A stretch of DNA of 64,000 nucleotides, from assembly GCF_021028975.2 (NCBI RefSeq), contig NC_059432.1, positions 29,264,001 through 29,328,000 on the forward strand, given 5' to 3'. Below are positions 63,961-64,000 of this stretch, piece by piece (the first letter of the stretch is position 1; each line of letters begins with the position of its first letter). Position numbers and translations under genes: made by a program. A model generated the notes under the pieces. It had not been told where the DNA came from. It made no database searches and saw only the letters and a list, made by a program, of their open reading frames with translations. The DNA comes from Sphaerodactylus townsendi. Its lineage: Eukaryota.

Positions 63961-64000
63961 AGCAAGAGCCAGGGAAGACTGAGTCCCTGGGTGAACAAGC

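Overview
Vertebrate nuclear DNA, almost certainly a squamate reptile and probably a gecko (inferred from Sauria/Squam-type SINEs, CR1 with a (TTCTTATG)n tail, Penelope-like repeats and hAT MITEs). Four spliced genes could be rebuilt by hand with phase-consistent splice sites: ECD (minus, 9 coding exons 12828->1688, continues off the left edge, one GC-AG intron); FAM149B1 (plus, head-to-head with ECD, 15 coding exons 15234->44298, 637 aa); DNAJC9 (minus, 5 exons, 259 aa); TFAM (minus, 7 exons, 269 aa). The most striking element is a 5.9-kb endogenous retrovirus (36538-42406) with two LTRs, a 6-bp TSD, a tRNA-Phe PBS and a PPT, inserted antisense in the last FAM149B1 intron. It joins a betaretrovirus-type gag/dUTPase-pro/pol backbone to an avian-leukosis-virus-type env. 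Decay is very uneven: cis signals, Gag and Env-TM are well preserved while pro, pol and SU are nearly erased, as expected of a helper-dependent lineage. Also notable: a 504-bp TSD-flanked non-coding insert with a hammerhead-ribozyme-like core, Penelope-like repeats with decayed hammerheads, a SPIN MITE, and candidate uORFs. Homology calls are from memory of the protein and repeat families; no searches were run.
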